Below, in pieces: positions 36,182 through 45,557 of a stretch of 64,000 nucleotides of DNA; the first letter of the stretch is position 1; each line of letters opens with the position of its first letter. The notes beneath the pieces are model-generated. The model searched no databases. It had not been told where the DNA came from and saw only the letters and a list, made by a program, of their open reading frames with translations. The translations under genes were made by a program, and so were the position numbers. The stretch covers positions 1 to 64,000 of the IMG/VR virus record IMGVR_UViG_3300050026_000055, one strand, 5' to 3'. Source of the DNA: a virus.

Positions 36182-37447
36182 TCAATCCACGTCTGTATAA
36201 ACTACAGTGCCAATCAATCCTTCGTTTCGATTCCAGATGAATCCTTCTGCACTTCGTAGGTTACCAACGTAGCCCTGCTCCGCGTGCCAATCGTCCGGAG
36301 AACAAAGAGCACTAAGCGTGCGAACACGTACACCATACTTTTCTTCAAGACGAGTCTGGTGAATATGCCCGACATGCGCCTCACGGAACTTAGTCTCACC
36401 AAAATCCTTTGAGCATTCAGTTGCCATTAACAAAGGATACTCGTTCTTTTTTCCTTTGTCTCCGTGTGTCAGCATGAGTAAAACATTGCCAAATCTATGA
36501 TACTTTCGGTAACGTGGCATGTTATCAATTTTAACATCCGCATAATTGTGAAACCAACATTCCAAAGAATCGCCCAAATGCCAAACCGAAAGAGTGTCGT
36601 GGTTTCCTTGAACCATGATTACCTTTACAGGAGCAATCTGCCGTAGCCTCTCAATGGAGTCAATAATCACATTACGAACTGTGGCAAACGTCTTTTGATA
36701 ACGTCCGTCAGTGGTTACGACTGTACCGGATGTAGTCCTAGATTCAGCATCATCCGAATTAAAAAGATCATTACCAACAATATAAACCAGTTCGTCAAAC
36801 GAGTAGCCAGCGGAACGGCTGAGTAAGCAGTCCAACGCTTTTTTGTAGATACTGGCGGCTATCTTAACGTCATAGTTCTTTCCGCCTGTCTCAACGGCCC
36901 ACGCCAGTTTGCCAAAGTGCATGTCAGGAAGATTTACTTCCAGCATGTTTCCTGATGGCTGTTGTCTAGTAATAAACGCTGGTGATGGAGGCGCATAACA
37001 GATTGCAGCAATCTTTAACGACTCCAGTTCGTCTTTAGCGTCAACGATATGCGTCTTTTTGCTACAGAACGCCTTGACCTGAAACAGCGGAGTTTGCGAA
37101 ACGCCGACATCCCATTTATTGAATATGCATTTGTCAATGTTCCACACCGAAAGGTCAATCTTGCAATGTTCGATTAATTGCGCCTCGGTGCAAATCTGTG
37201 TCTTTGGCAAAGATATTATCCACTTGTCACCAGCAACCTCAGAAGATTCGTTTGGCTTCTGAGTTGGCTGTGTTTGGCACAATCCTGCAGCATTCAAAAA
37301 ATCTGTAAAGTTTGCGAAGACTTTGCGGTATGTGCGTTCTGAATAAACGCCCTGTGAACGATATGTTTTACGAGTAACTTTTCCTGAAAACTTGCTTGCC
37401 AATCTCTGAATATCCTTGATTAATTCTTCTTTGGTTATTTTATTCAT
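36182..37447 (-). CDS. calcineurin-like metallophosphoesterase with N-terminal homing-endonuclease-associated repeat
   Basis: DMHFG, GNDLF, GNHD, THGD, GHIH; TKEELI...F..AAGL. Confidence 0.82.
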   Translation of the reverse strand: MNKITKEELIKDIQRLASKFSGKVTRKTYRSQGVYSERTYRKVFANFTDFLNAAGLCQTQPTQKPNESSEVAGDKWIISLPKTQICTEAQLIEHCKIDLSVWNIDKCIFNKWDVGVSQTPLFQVKAFCSKKTHIVDAKDELESLKIAAICYAPPSPAFITRQQPSGNMLEVNLPDMHFGKLAWAVETGGKNYDVKIAASIYKKALDCLLSRSAGYSFDELVYIVGNDLFNSDDAESRTTSGTVVTTDGRYQKTFATVRNVIIDSIERLRQIAPVKVIMVQGNHDTLSVWHLGDSLECWFHNYADVKIDNMPRYRKYHRFGNVLLMLTHGDKGKKNEYPLLMATECSKDFGETKFREAHVGHIHQTRLEEKYGVRVRTLSALCSPDDWHAEQGYVGNLRSAEGFIWNRNEGLIGTVVYTDVD

Positions 37448-37464
37448 GCTCTCCATTTGAATAC

Positions 37465-37493
37465 ATAATACCACACGAACGATAATTTGTCAA
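37465..37493 (-). promoter_or_regulatory. sigma70-type promoter
   Basis: TTGACA-17-TATTAT with TGn on the minus strand. Confidence 0.8.
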
Positions 37494-37496
37494 GCG

Positions 37497-37982
37497 TTAT
37501 TTCTTATTTATTGCTATTAATGTGCCGATAACACGATCAGAGCTACTGTTTATAGCATCCACCAATTTCTCATGGTTGTTTTGTGTTTTTTCAGCCACTC
37601 TCGCAATACCTGCTTCACTGATTTTCAAGGCTTCTTGCGTTTTTTCAGCCACTTTAGCGATGCCTTTTTCGCTAATTCTCAGGGCTTCTTCTGTTTTTTC
37701 GGCCACTTTAGCGATGCCTGCCTCACTAGTTTTTACAGCTTCGATCAGCTTTGCATGCCGTTTTTCTTCCATTTCTTTCTCTAACTCAGTATTTTTAGCA
37801 ATTGCACTAACAATTTCTTCTTTGGCACCTACTAAGTGTGTATGAATAAAATGGTTAACAAATGTTTTTGTTTTCCAGCCTAATAAAAATAAGCCTGATA
37901 AAACTGAAAGAGGAGTCATATATGGATGAAATGCTTTAATTAAGTCAGATAAATTTCTTGCTGGATCATCGGTTACGAACAT
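37497..37982 (-). CDS. membrane protein (holin-like?) with three 16-aa repeats
   Basis: One TM plus coiled coil; SE(A/K)GIA(K/R)VAEKT x3. Confidence 0.65.
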   Translation of the reverse strand: MFVTDDPARNLSDLIKAFHPYMTPLSVLSGLFLLGWKTKTFVNHFIHTHLVGAKEEIVSAIAKNTELEKEMEEKRHAKLIEAVKTSEAGIAKVAEKTEEALRISEKGIAKVAEKTQEALKISEAGIARVAEKTQNNHEKLVDAINSSSDRVIGTLIAINKK

Positions 37983-37994
37983 AGTGTTACCTTC

Positions 37995-38375
37995 TTATTT
38001 CTTTACATTCAGCGCGATCAGTGTGTCTATCAGTCGATCAGAGCTGGCCTTTAAAGCGTCAACAATTCTTTCGTGACCCTCGACTGCCTTTTTGGCCATA
38101 GCGTTCGAGTTTTCGGCGTTTTCTTTTATGGCTTCTACAATTCTTTCGTGCCCCTCATCTTCCGCCTTTATGATTTTTTCTAGAGACTCTTCGTTACGTT
38201 TTACTGCATCGGAAATATCTTGTTTGATATGTGCCAAATGGTTATTGATAAGTGTATCCACAAATCCCCTTACTCTCCAAGCGATTACTGCTAAGGTAGT
38301 AATGATGGATAGAGGAGCGACATAAATCTTGAGTGTTTCATAAAGTCCTATAACAGGATCAGAGTTAACAAACAT
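37995..38375 (-). CDS. membrane protein, paralogue of 37497-37982
   Basis: Shared MFV..DP, PLS, FV...I..HL, SSDR.I.TLIA.N.KK. Confidence 0.65.
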   Translation of the reverse strand: MFVNSDPVIGLYETLKIYVAPLSIITTLAVIAWRVRGFVDTLINNHLAHIKQDISDAVKRNEESLEKIIKAEDEGHERIVEAIKENAENSNAMAKKAVEGHERIVDALKASSDRLIDTLIALNVKK

Positions 38376-38394
38376 GACAAAAAGAGCCCTTTAC

Positions 38395-38598
38395 TTAATT
38401 AAATATTCGATAGTCCGCGACTTGGGTGTGTTTGCTGTAATTACACGGACCGCAAAGTGGCTGGATGTTATCAATATTGCTGGAGCCACCCTTAGATACG
38501 GGAATTATGTGATCCGCAGTTGGCTTGTTAGTTGATGTGTATTCTATACCGCAGCATAGACATTTATTTCCATGCGATATTCTTGGGTTGACATGCAT
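38395..38598 (-). CDS. minimal or remnant HNH endonuclease
   Basis: CLCCG...DHIIPVSKGG...NIQPLCGPCN. Confidence 0.7.
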   Translation of the reverse strand: MHVNPRISHGNKCLCCGIEYTSTNKPTADHIIPVSKGGSSNIDNIQPLCGPCNYSKHTQVADYRIFN

Positions 38599-38603
38599 TT
38601 TCC

Positions 38604-39011
38604 TTACTTGAAGATGGTTAAAGGCCCCATATCCACAATCCGAGGATGAAGCTCTGGCTGGCCGATGATTATGTCCAAAAAAAACCTTGATTCCACATGG
38701 CGCAGGTCGGCCCAGAACATTCCGCCTTTTGCATAATCCTGAGTGTTATCGTAAATTGCCTCAATTTCGTGCAGCAATTTCACAAACGAGGGTTCCCAAA
38801 TCGAAGGGAATACCAATTTTGGCTGTTCAATCGTCGCACTAAATTTGTGTAAATTCTGTAGAACTTCTAAATGCGTTCCCCATCCCGCTCGTATCCTGTT
38901 CATTATACAGGACATAATAAGACAGGACGCAAGGTGTCCACCATAAGGTAAACCGTGCGTGTAACCAACCAATACAATTTGTCCACGAAGGAAATCATCT
39001 TGACGTAAAAT
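38604..39011 (-). CDS. divergent SleB-like cell wall hydrolase with probable ATT start
   Basis: IMNR..AGW, KFS, DYAKGGMFW, MGPLTIF; AGGAGG 6 nt before ATT. Confidence 0.5.
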   Translation of the reverse strand: MLRQDDFLRGQIVLVGYTHGLPYGGHLASCLIMSCIMNRIRAGWGTHLEVLQNLHKFSATIEQPKLVFPSIWEPSFVKLLHEIEAIYDNTQDYAKGGMFWADLRHVESRFFLDIIIGQPELHPRIVDMGPLTIFK

Positions 39012-39036
39012 TTTGCTCCTCCTTATAAATGTATAT

Positions 39037-39217
39037 CCCGGCCAGTCGGCATTAACCAACCGTCCGGGGCTGTGCAAATGTTCGCGACCAGTCAGCCTTT
39101 GCACAACGATGTATAATAAACGAGTCAGGCCATTTGGGACGCGCCCCACGGCTAACTTTGTTCCTGACTCGTATCTTTTCAGACAAACAGATAATACCAT
39201 GACGCCGTCCGTTTGTC
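39037..39217 (-). ncRNA. putative structured RNA leader with four hairpins
   Basis: Stems at 39182-39217, 39120-39172, 39071-39105 and 39037-39068; G-U pairs favour the minus strand. Confidence 0.5.
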
Positions 39218-39232
39218 AAGAGCTGTTCTTGA

Positions 39233-39529
39233 TTATTTTTCAGGCAAATGTAAGGTCGAATCAGGTTCGTACTTTTTGAAATACTGCTGCAATTCACTGG
39301 CCGAATGTTGTTTTAGGTTGAATGGAGAGGCATAGAAATGCCATTTACCGCCAACTTTCTTCCAATCGCCGCCTTCTTGCTCAGGTGTATTGTGTACACT
39401 TTCCTTAGAAAATGTAATATGATTTGGAAGTTTAAACTCGTCAGTCAAATGCTTACCGCCTGATTGATCCGGTTCTCCGTACTTGGCCCTATATCCGGCG
39501 TAGTCATAGTCGTTAGACTCCTTTTTAGG
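39233..39529 (-). CDS. C-terminal extension of 39525-41750 reached by +1 frameshift (no plausible own start)
   Basis: HLTDEFKLPNHITFSKES...GGDW domain opens in the +1 frame at CCC TAA. Confidence 0.6.
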   Translation of the reverse strand, partial: PKKESNDYDYAGYRAKYGEPDQSGGKHLTDEFKLPNHITFSKESVHNTPEQEGGDWKKVGGKWHFYASPFNLKQHSASELQQYFKKYEPDSTLHLPEK

Positions 39530-41750
39530 GAGCCTCCTTCGCGCTATTACCGCCAAGCGGCAAGGCAGTACCTTGGTAGACATCACGTATACCAGCTCTG
39601 TCAGACTTCGGCGGTTTGTTGCCTTTGCCGACTCCCTGAGTCACGGCAGTACTTTGAGCTGCATTTGCCAAACCTGTAGTCACCGGACTACTGGCAATTT
39701 TGCTACCAGCCCCAAATGTTTTCCAAAGAGCAGGATGAGTGCTCAAAAATTCCAAAACACTCTGGCCTGCCTTCATACCGCCAGCAGCACAAGAAAGCCC
39801 AACAATAACGGCGGCAGTTTCTACAGTATTATGACCAGTCAATTCAGTTGCTACACCGGCTCCACCAGCTACGCCAGCAATTACACCAGCTTTTACTAAT
39901 CGCTGCACCATCTGTGCGTTCTTAGCGTTAGAGATTACCTGTTGAGCAAACTTTCCGATTTCAGGCGGCATGTTTACCGGGCTTGGTCCTGTGCCAAACA
40001 ATAGATTGAAGTTATCTTCCGTCAGCGTCTTTTGTGCTTTCGTAACCTGTTTTAACAAATCGCCCGGATCAAAACGACCGGTTTCCTTGTTTACAGCATC
40101 ATCCATCCATGTCTTGAAAACATCTCTGCCGATTGGAAGCATTTTTTCACGGCTACCGATTAGATCACGTAGCGCGCTTACCTTGCCATTAGAATCTCCT
40201 GACAACAGTTCTTTGCCTAAATCGTTGACAGCTTTACCCGGCTCTGTCTCAGCTAATCGTGAGATAGCCTTTGACTCCATAAGAGCATTAGTGGTTCTAT
40301 AATTACCACGCAACTTGGTATACTGATCTGCAACGGATTTAAGTTGAGGATCAGTCTTACCAGCTTTGTCAGCCATTTGTTGAATCGTGTCGTCCACGGA
40401 TGTCATCATTTGCCGCCAAGTACGAGAATTGATGTCACCAAAGCCCATTCGACTCGTCGCGGCGTAATCATCTGCTCCTTTTCTAAGAGCCTGACGAAAT
40501 GAAATAAGATCATTAATGGACCACGGTTTTACTTCCACTGGTTCAGCTTTTCCAGCAGGAGAAAAACCTTCCTCATAATTAAAAGTTCCCTCAGCCGCAT
40601 CAGCCGCCTTAGCTGCCGGAAGTTCTCCCTTTTCTAAATTAGAAAGAAGATTCTTGGTTTTAGCATCAAATCCTTCCGGTGCTCTAGCTTGTGCAACAAA
40701 TGGGTGTGTCTGTGCCGCTTCGTCTTCAGTGCCGGCCAGTATTTTACCTGCACGGCTAGCGATGGGATTGTCTTTAATATCTATTGTTTGACCTTGCAAT
40801 TTTTCTTTAATGTCATTAATACCGTGTTCAAAGTCGGTATGCATCTGCAATCGTTTGGCTTCAATCTCACTTCTGACTGCACCGACAACTTCAGTCTTTT
40901 CCGGCGCTGTCTTTGCAACTTTAGCTAACTCATCAAGAGTCTTACCGGCTTTTGCACCAGCAGCCAAACCGCCTTTAATAGCCGCACCAGCCGCACCAAC
41001 CGTGCCAGAAAGAGCAGCCATTGCACCGCCCTCTTTCAAAGCCTGACCGGTGTCACCAGTTTTAACTTTAGTCTGACCTGCCTGTACTGCGCCTTGACGA
41101 ACGGCGTTGCCGACCACATTAGCAGCTTCAGGATGCTTTGCTACCATCTCTGTTCCATACTTCAACGCATTTACAATGCGTGGAGATAGTTCAAGAGTCT
41201 GAGCAATTTTAGCAGCCTTCATTAACTTAGCTCCGGTAGCTAACCCAGCCAAAGCAGGATCACCAAGAATAAATTCTGTCAAACTTTCGCCAGCATATCC
41301 TATACTTTCTGCAGTACCTTTAGGCGTAAGATCGGTTTGAAGTTGGCCTTGTGCATCTCGCATCTCAGAGCCGGTGGGTGAATCTTCAGGATTGATGCCG
41401 GAATATTCGGACGGCAACATTTGTTTGGTATTAGTAGGCACCGCATTTACAGCAGACCTAGCAATTCCTGAAATAGTTGATCCAATGCCCTTCATGTATC
41501 CAGTAGCCGCGCCAAGCAAACCACCGGCTACTCTGGTAGCCCCCGCTTGGTTAGTGGCTGCATCTGAACCACTTAAAGGACCGGCAGGAATAGCCTTCAT
41601 TCCGTTTTGTGGAATCTCGACATTGCCGCTAGTATAGCCAGAACTAGACGCACCATTGCCCGCCTGAGATTGATCTTCAGGAGCAGGTGTAGAAGTTGGA
41701 GTCTGCCCCGGAAAGCTAACATTACCTGATGTATAGTCATTGCCTGCCAT
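39525..41750 (-). CDS. internal virion / DNA ejection protein
   Basis: 741 aa, Ala/Gly-rich helical, hydrophobic C-terminal segments; adjacent to the SLT protein. Confidence 0.65.
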   Translation of the reverse strand: MAGNDYTSGNVSFPGQTPTSTPAPEDQSQAGNGASSSGYTSGNVEIPQNGMKAIPAGPLSGSDAATNQAGATRVAGGLLGAATGYMKGIGSTISGIARSAVNAVPTNTKQMLPSEYSGINPEDSPTGSEMRDAQGQLQTDLTPKGTAESIGYAGESLTEFILGDPALAGLATGAKLMKAAKIAQTLELSPRIVNALKYGTEMVAKHPEAANVVGNAVRQGAVQAGQTKVKTGDTGQALKEGGAMAALSGTVGAAGAAIKGGLAAGAKAGKTLDELAKVAKTAPEKTEVVGAVRSEIEAKRLQMHTDFEHGINDIKEKLQGQTIDIKDNPIASRAGKILAGTEDEAAQTHPFVAQARAPEGFDAKTKNLLSNLEKGELPAAKAADAAEGTFNYEEGFSPAGKAEPVEVKPWSINDLISFRQALRKGADDYAATSRMGFGDINSRTWRQMMTSVDDTIQQMADKAGKTDPQLKSVADQYTKLRGNYRTTNALMESKAISRLAETEPGKAVNDLGKELLSGDSNGKVSALRDLIGSREKMLPIGRDVFKTWMDDAVNKETGRFDPGDLLKQVTKAQKTLTEDNFNLLFGTGPSPVNMPPEIGKFAQQVISNAKNAQMVQRLVKAGVIAGVAGGAGVATELTGHNTVETAAVIVGLSCAAGGMKAGQSVLEFLSTHPALWKTFGAGSKIASSPVTTGLANAAQSTAVTQGVGKGNKPPKSDRAGIRDVYQGTALPLGGNSAKEAP

Positions 41751-41759
41751 TATTTGTCC

Positions 41760-44678
41760 TTATTTTGTCGCTCCCACACCAAGATCGTTGGGGTGTGCCC
41801 ATTGTCCGGTCTGAGGATTCTTAACTGCAATTAATGCTCCATTTTTATACAAAGCGTTGCCTTGTATTGTCTTAGGATCAGGAAGATCGTTGGGTAATTC
41901 CACAGAAGGTGCCTGTGTCTTTCCCGTTAGTTCATTGACAGTCTTTCCACCCTTACCTGCGCCAGAAGCACTACCTGTAATGCTGCCGCCACTCTTCATG
42001 TTTCCTAACAATTCGTTTACATAAGGATTGTTAATTTTCTGAATGGCCTTTACGGTATCTGGATAAATTAGATTATGGAAATCTTCATTGAATGATTGCT
42101 TCCATTCTTCATTCAACGGAACAATACGAACAGCAGCCGTATGTGCCATTTCTTGAATTGAAGAATAAACGTTTTGCCATGGTGATGTATCCTGAGATAC
42201 CTGTGCTGCCATCTTTCTAGCGTCATCTGTCAAAGCGTGCTGATTGTTCAACAAGTTCTGCCAATCGGTAGAAGCCGTCTGCATGGCAACTTTAAATGCA
42301 TTCCAGTCTGTATTGGTTCCAAATTTATCGTTCAACCATGCCATAGTCTTGTTGCTGTATTCAGAACTATTAAGATCAATGCCGCTGCTTGCTTTAAGTT
42401 TATCCAAAGCGGTCAATGCGCCAGCCATGTGACCAAGAGACGTGTTGGCATTTTTAATGGCTGCTCCCTGACTAGTGGTGTTCGATCTGCCACTACCGGC
42501 AAAGTTTTCAAACAAACGAACCTTAGATTCAACTTCTTCTGGATTAAAGTCAGGATTACGCTTGTGGGCTTCTTGCTCCAAAGCTTGTCTACTGGCTTCA
42601 TTACGAAGACTGGTGACATGCTTCAAATCAACCATTGACGGTCCACCCGGCACTTTATTTCCGTTTTTGTCAACACCGGACAGTTGTGTAATTAGGTCGT
42701 CATTGTTTCGGATTGTATCCTCTCTAGACTGTTCCTTCAGACGCTCTGTTTTACCAACTGCCGCGTCAGCCTTTGTCTGCTCCGTGTTATGCAGTTCAGC
42801 CAAACGCAGTTTTTCTCTGTAATCGTTGATGAAGGATTGTCCTTGTAATTTGCCGTCTGGACTTTGCAGCAGACTCTTCAATCGGTTTCCTGATTGCGGG
42901 TCGAAAGTGACTTTACCGCTCTTTGCCTGTTGGTCCAACATTTTGTCAATAGAAGATGGTTCGTTGCCTTTGCCGTCCAAAAATCCATTCATTCCACCGG
43001 GCAAACGATTGTACACGCCTACATCAGCTTTGGTTATACGTCCGGAACCTGCTGCGTCCATTACATCAACAGGTTTCATAGTAGGTTGAGGTAGTTCGCC
43101 TGATTCCTTTTGATCCTGTTGCTGCTGTTCAGTAGGCATTCCAGCCTTGTTGTGTACATCGTTGACGTACTTCTTAGTTTCAGGATAATTAGGCACTCCT
43201 CCGGCCTTGTTTACCGCAGGTTCACCAGCATTGTAGGCAGCTATAGCCTTTGTAGTATCTCCTTTGTATGCCTTCAACAAATCGGACAGTAAATGCGTAC
43301 CAGCATCTATGTTCTGTGCAGGATCAAATGCATCAGTAACTCCATACTTCTTGGCGGTTGCTGGCATTAATTGCATCAATCCTTGAGCACCCTTTGGACT
43401 TAACGCATTAGGATTTCCCTTTGATTCAGTGTGCAATACAGCATTTACTAGACTGACAGGAACATCATACTTTGTAGCTGCTGTCTGAGTAGCGTCAGTA
43501 ATATTTGTCGGAAGCGTAAAGTTTGTTTTCTTTATCTCAGTCGCAGGTTTTGCTGCTCCTGCCCCAACTACCTCAGTCTTTGTGGCAGATTTTCCTGTTG
43601 CATAACCATCCAAGTCTTTTTGCATATTCTTATAACCAGCTACTTCATTGATACCAGCTATAATTCGATAAGCACGTTCCTGATAGTCTTTGGGCAAGTT
43701 TAACATCTTTCCGTCTTTATCGACGTAACCTTGCACTTTATACTTAGCCAACAAATCTTTTACATCTTGCGGGAAGTCAACCACTTTGCTTGGATCAATA
43801 ATGGCGTATTTAAATTCGTATTGTTCTACACCATTTTGCATTAATGGCATTCCATCATCACCAATTTTTGGCACAATTCCAATGGGGATAGCACCATCTT
43901 TTGTTACATGATATTGCGCTAATTTGCTTGGCAGTTCACTAGCAGTGGCATAATCCTGAACACCATTAATACTCTGCAAAGCTGTGTGCAAAGATGTATA
44001 CATGTCTACCATCGACTGTTGGTGTTCCATGCCCAATTTGTTTGCCTTCAACTGGTTGGTATATAAATCAAGGTTATTTTTAGTGATAGATGCCTGACGA
44101 GCAAAATCATCTTTCGCTCGTTGCTGTTGGCTTTGATCTATTTCTTTTGCATGAGCCATGCCGGCCTGACCGCCAGCAGCCAACCCGCGAGCGCCTGCTC
44201 CCGGACCACGCTGACCAGCACCAGCAAATAAACCTGTCAATGCGCCAGCAACAATGGAGTTGGCAAGTTGTGATTTAGTCTGTTGAACCTGAGTCCTTTC
44301 CATCTTGCCTGTATCAGCGTTCAAATTGTAGGTATATTTTGGGCCAGCTAACGCGCCCATTATGCTCCTAAAAATATCGTGCGGCTGATGTGACTGACTC
44401 GGACCGGCACCGGTGCCACTCTTATCAATGCCATTGTCATTCGATTGCATCGTTTTTTGAACGTCATTGTCAGCCGACTGCATAGTTTTTTGGACATCAT
44501 TCGGCTGTGCTGCCGATTGTGCTGGCGGTTGAGCCGCTGGCTGTCCCATAGATTGTGCTGGCGGCTGAGTCGTGCCAGATGCAGACGAAGAACTGTCTAC
44601 AGGCGTACTAGACACAGGCATACTAGCCTGCGGCTGTATCTGATCGTTCGGTTGTTCGTTAGGAGCGTCGAGTGCCAT
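41760..44678 (-). CDS. internal virion / ejection protein with lytic transglycosylase (SLT) domain
   Basis: TESKGNPNALSPKGAQGLMQLMP, AAYNAG, ETKKYV. Confidence 0.88.
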   Translation of the reverse strand: MALDAPNEQPNDQIQPQASMPVSSTPVDSSSSASGTTQPPAQSMGQPAAQPPAQSAAQPNDVQKTMQSADNDVQKTMQSNDNGIDKSGTGAGPSQSHQPHDIFRSIMGALAGPKYTYNLNADTGKMERTQVQQTKSQLANSIVAGALTGLFAGAGQRGPGAGARGLAAGGQAGMAHAKEIDQSQQQRAKDDFARQASITKNNLDLYTNQLKANKLGMEHQQSMVDMYTSLHTALQSINGVQDYATASELPSKLAQYHVTKDGAIPIGIVPKIGDDGMPLMQNGVEQYEFKYAIIDPSKVVDFPQDVKDLLAKYKVQGYVDKDGKMLNLPKDYQERAYRIIAGINEVAGYKNMQKDLDGYATGKSATKTEVVGAGAAKPATEIKKTNFTLPTNITDATQTAATKYDVPVSLVNAVLHTESKGNPNALSPKGAQGLMQLMPATAKKYGVTDAFDPAQNIDAGTHLLSDLLKAYKGDTTKAIAAYNAGEPAVNKAGGVPNYPETKKYVNDVHNKAGMPTEQQQQDQKESGELPQPTMKPVDVMDAAGSGRITKADVGVYNRLPGGMNGFLDGKGNEPSSIDKMLDQQAKSGKVTFDPQSGNRLKSLLQSPDGKLQGQSFINDYREKLRLAELHNTEQTKADAAVGKTERLKEQSREDTIRNNDDLITQLSGVDKNGNKVPGGPSMVDLKHVTSLRNEASRQALEQEAHKRNPDFNPEEVESKVRLFENFAGSGRSNTTSQGAAIKNANTSLGHMAGALTALDKLKASSGIDLNSSEYSNKTMAWLNDKFGTNTDWNAFKVAMQTASTDWQNLLNNQHALTDDARKMAAQVSQDTSPWQNVYSSIQEMAHTAAVRIVPLNEEWKQSFNEDFHNLIYPDTVKAIQKINNPYVNELLGNMKSGGSITGSASGAGKGGKTVNELTGKTQAPSVELPNDLPDPKTIQGNALYKNGALIAVKNPQTGQWAHPNDLGVGATK

Positions 44679-44680
44679 AA

Positions 44681-45556
44681 TTAATCCTTACCTACCTTAA
44701 AATTTGCTTTAAAGTATAACTTAGCTTTACGTAAACCAAAATCAAATATCGGTTTTAACAATCCACGCACTATTTTATACTTGTATACCAACGGTGCTAC
44801 ATCTCTGCCTACCAAAGTATAAAGCCGCATAATTGCACGACCGAATAGACTCTCCTCAACCCACACCTTATTCAGCCAATAGCGCATCATATAAGTATCC
44901 GGTGAGTAAGTTCCATATATCGCTTCTGCAATCCAACAGGTTCCCCAATTCTGTCCTACCTGAGTGATTGCATTTCCAGCAATTCCACCAAGAGCACCGG
45001 TAACCGAAGATACCCAAGAATTGTTTGCATTGGTAATGTTGTTGGCTGAAGTACTAGCCGCACTGCCTGCTCCGGTAGCTGCATTGTTTACATTAGCGGT
45101 GGTGTTAAACACACCGGGTGCTAACTCCAAAGCAGTTAGAGCAGAGTTATAATTTTTATTACCTTGATCGTAACTTGCTGATGTAATGCCTAACTCTTGG
45201 TTTGACAACTGGTTAGCAGCAGAAACACCTAGTTGTTCTCTTTGCTGTAATTCTGCACCACTTGACACACTTGATCCACCGCCGTTGGCGGCTATTTTTG
45301 CATTCAATGCTTTACTAAGATTATCATAGCTACCGGCAGTGCTGCTGATTGCTTGTGAATTAAGAACCTGCTTTTCTTCTGCCGAATAGCCTTCCTGCGA
45401 TGGACCGGCAGCCACAATGGGAGCAGTGGCAGCAGTAATCTCGCCAAACACTGCATTGGCCTTTCCAAATACTTCAGCGGCCTGTGCTGTGGTCTGAGCA
45501 TAGAAATCTGCCTGTTCTTTTTCTAATTGCTTTTGTTCTGAACTAGCTCCACACAT
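44681..45556 (-). CDS. putative ejection/pilot protein with C-terminal CFI-box-CTERM-like domain
   Basis: MCG start; A/S/N-rich body; CWIAEAIYG...GR....LY. Confidence 0.65.
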   Translation of the reverse strand: MCGASSEQKQLEKEQADFYAQTTAQAAEVFGKANAVFGEITAATAPIVAAGPSQEGYSAEEKQVLNSQAISSTAGSYDNLSKALNAKIAANGGGSSVSSGAELQQREQLGVSAANQLSNQELGITSASYDQGNKNYNSALTALELAPGVFNTTANVNNAATGAGSAASTSANNITNANNSWVSSVTGALGGIAGNAITQVGQNWGTCWIAEAIYGTYSPDTYMMRYWLNKVWVEESLFGRAIMRLYTLVGRDVAPLVYKYKIVRGLLKPIFDFGLRKAKLYFKANFKVGKD

Positions 45557-45557
45557 G

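Noticed and set aside
39013-39297. ORFs 39013-39279 (+), 39052-39297 (-) and the N-terminal 63 codons of 38604-39200
   Set aside because: No SD, atypical composition, and the strong SD lies downstream; the region is better explained as structured RNA
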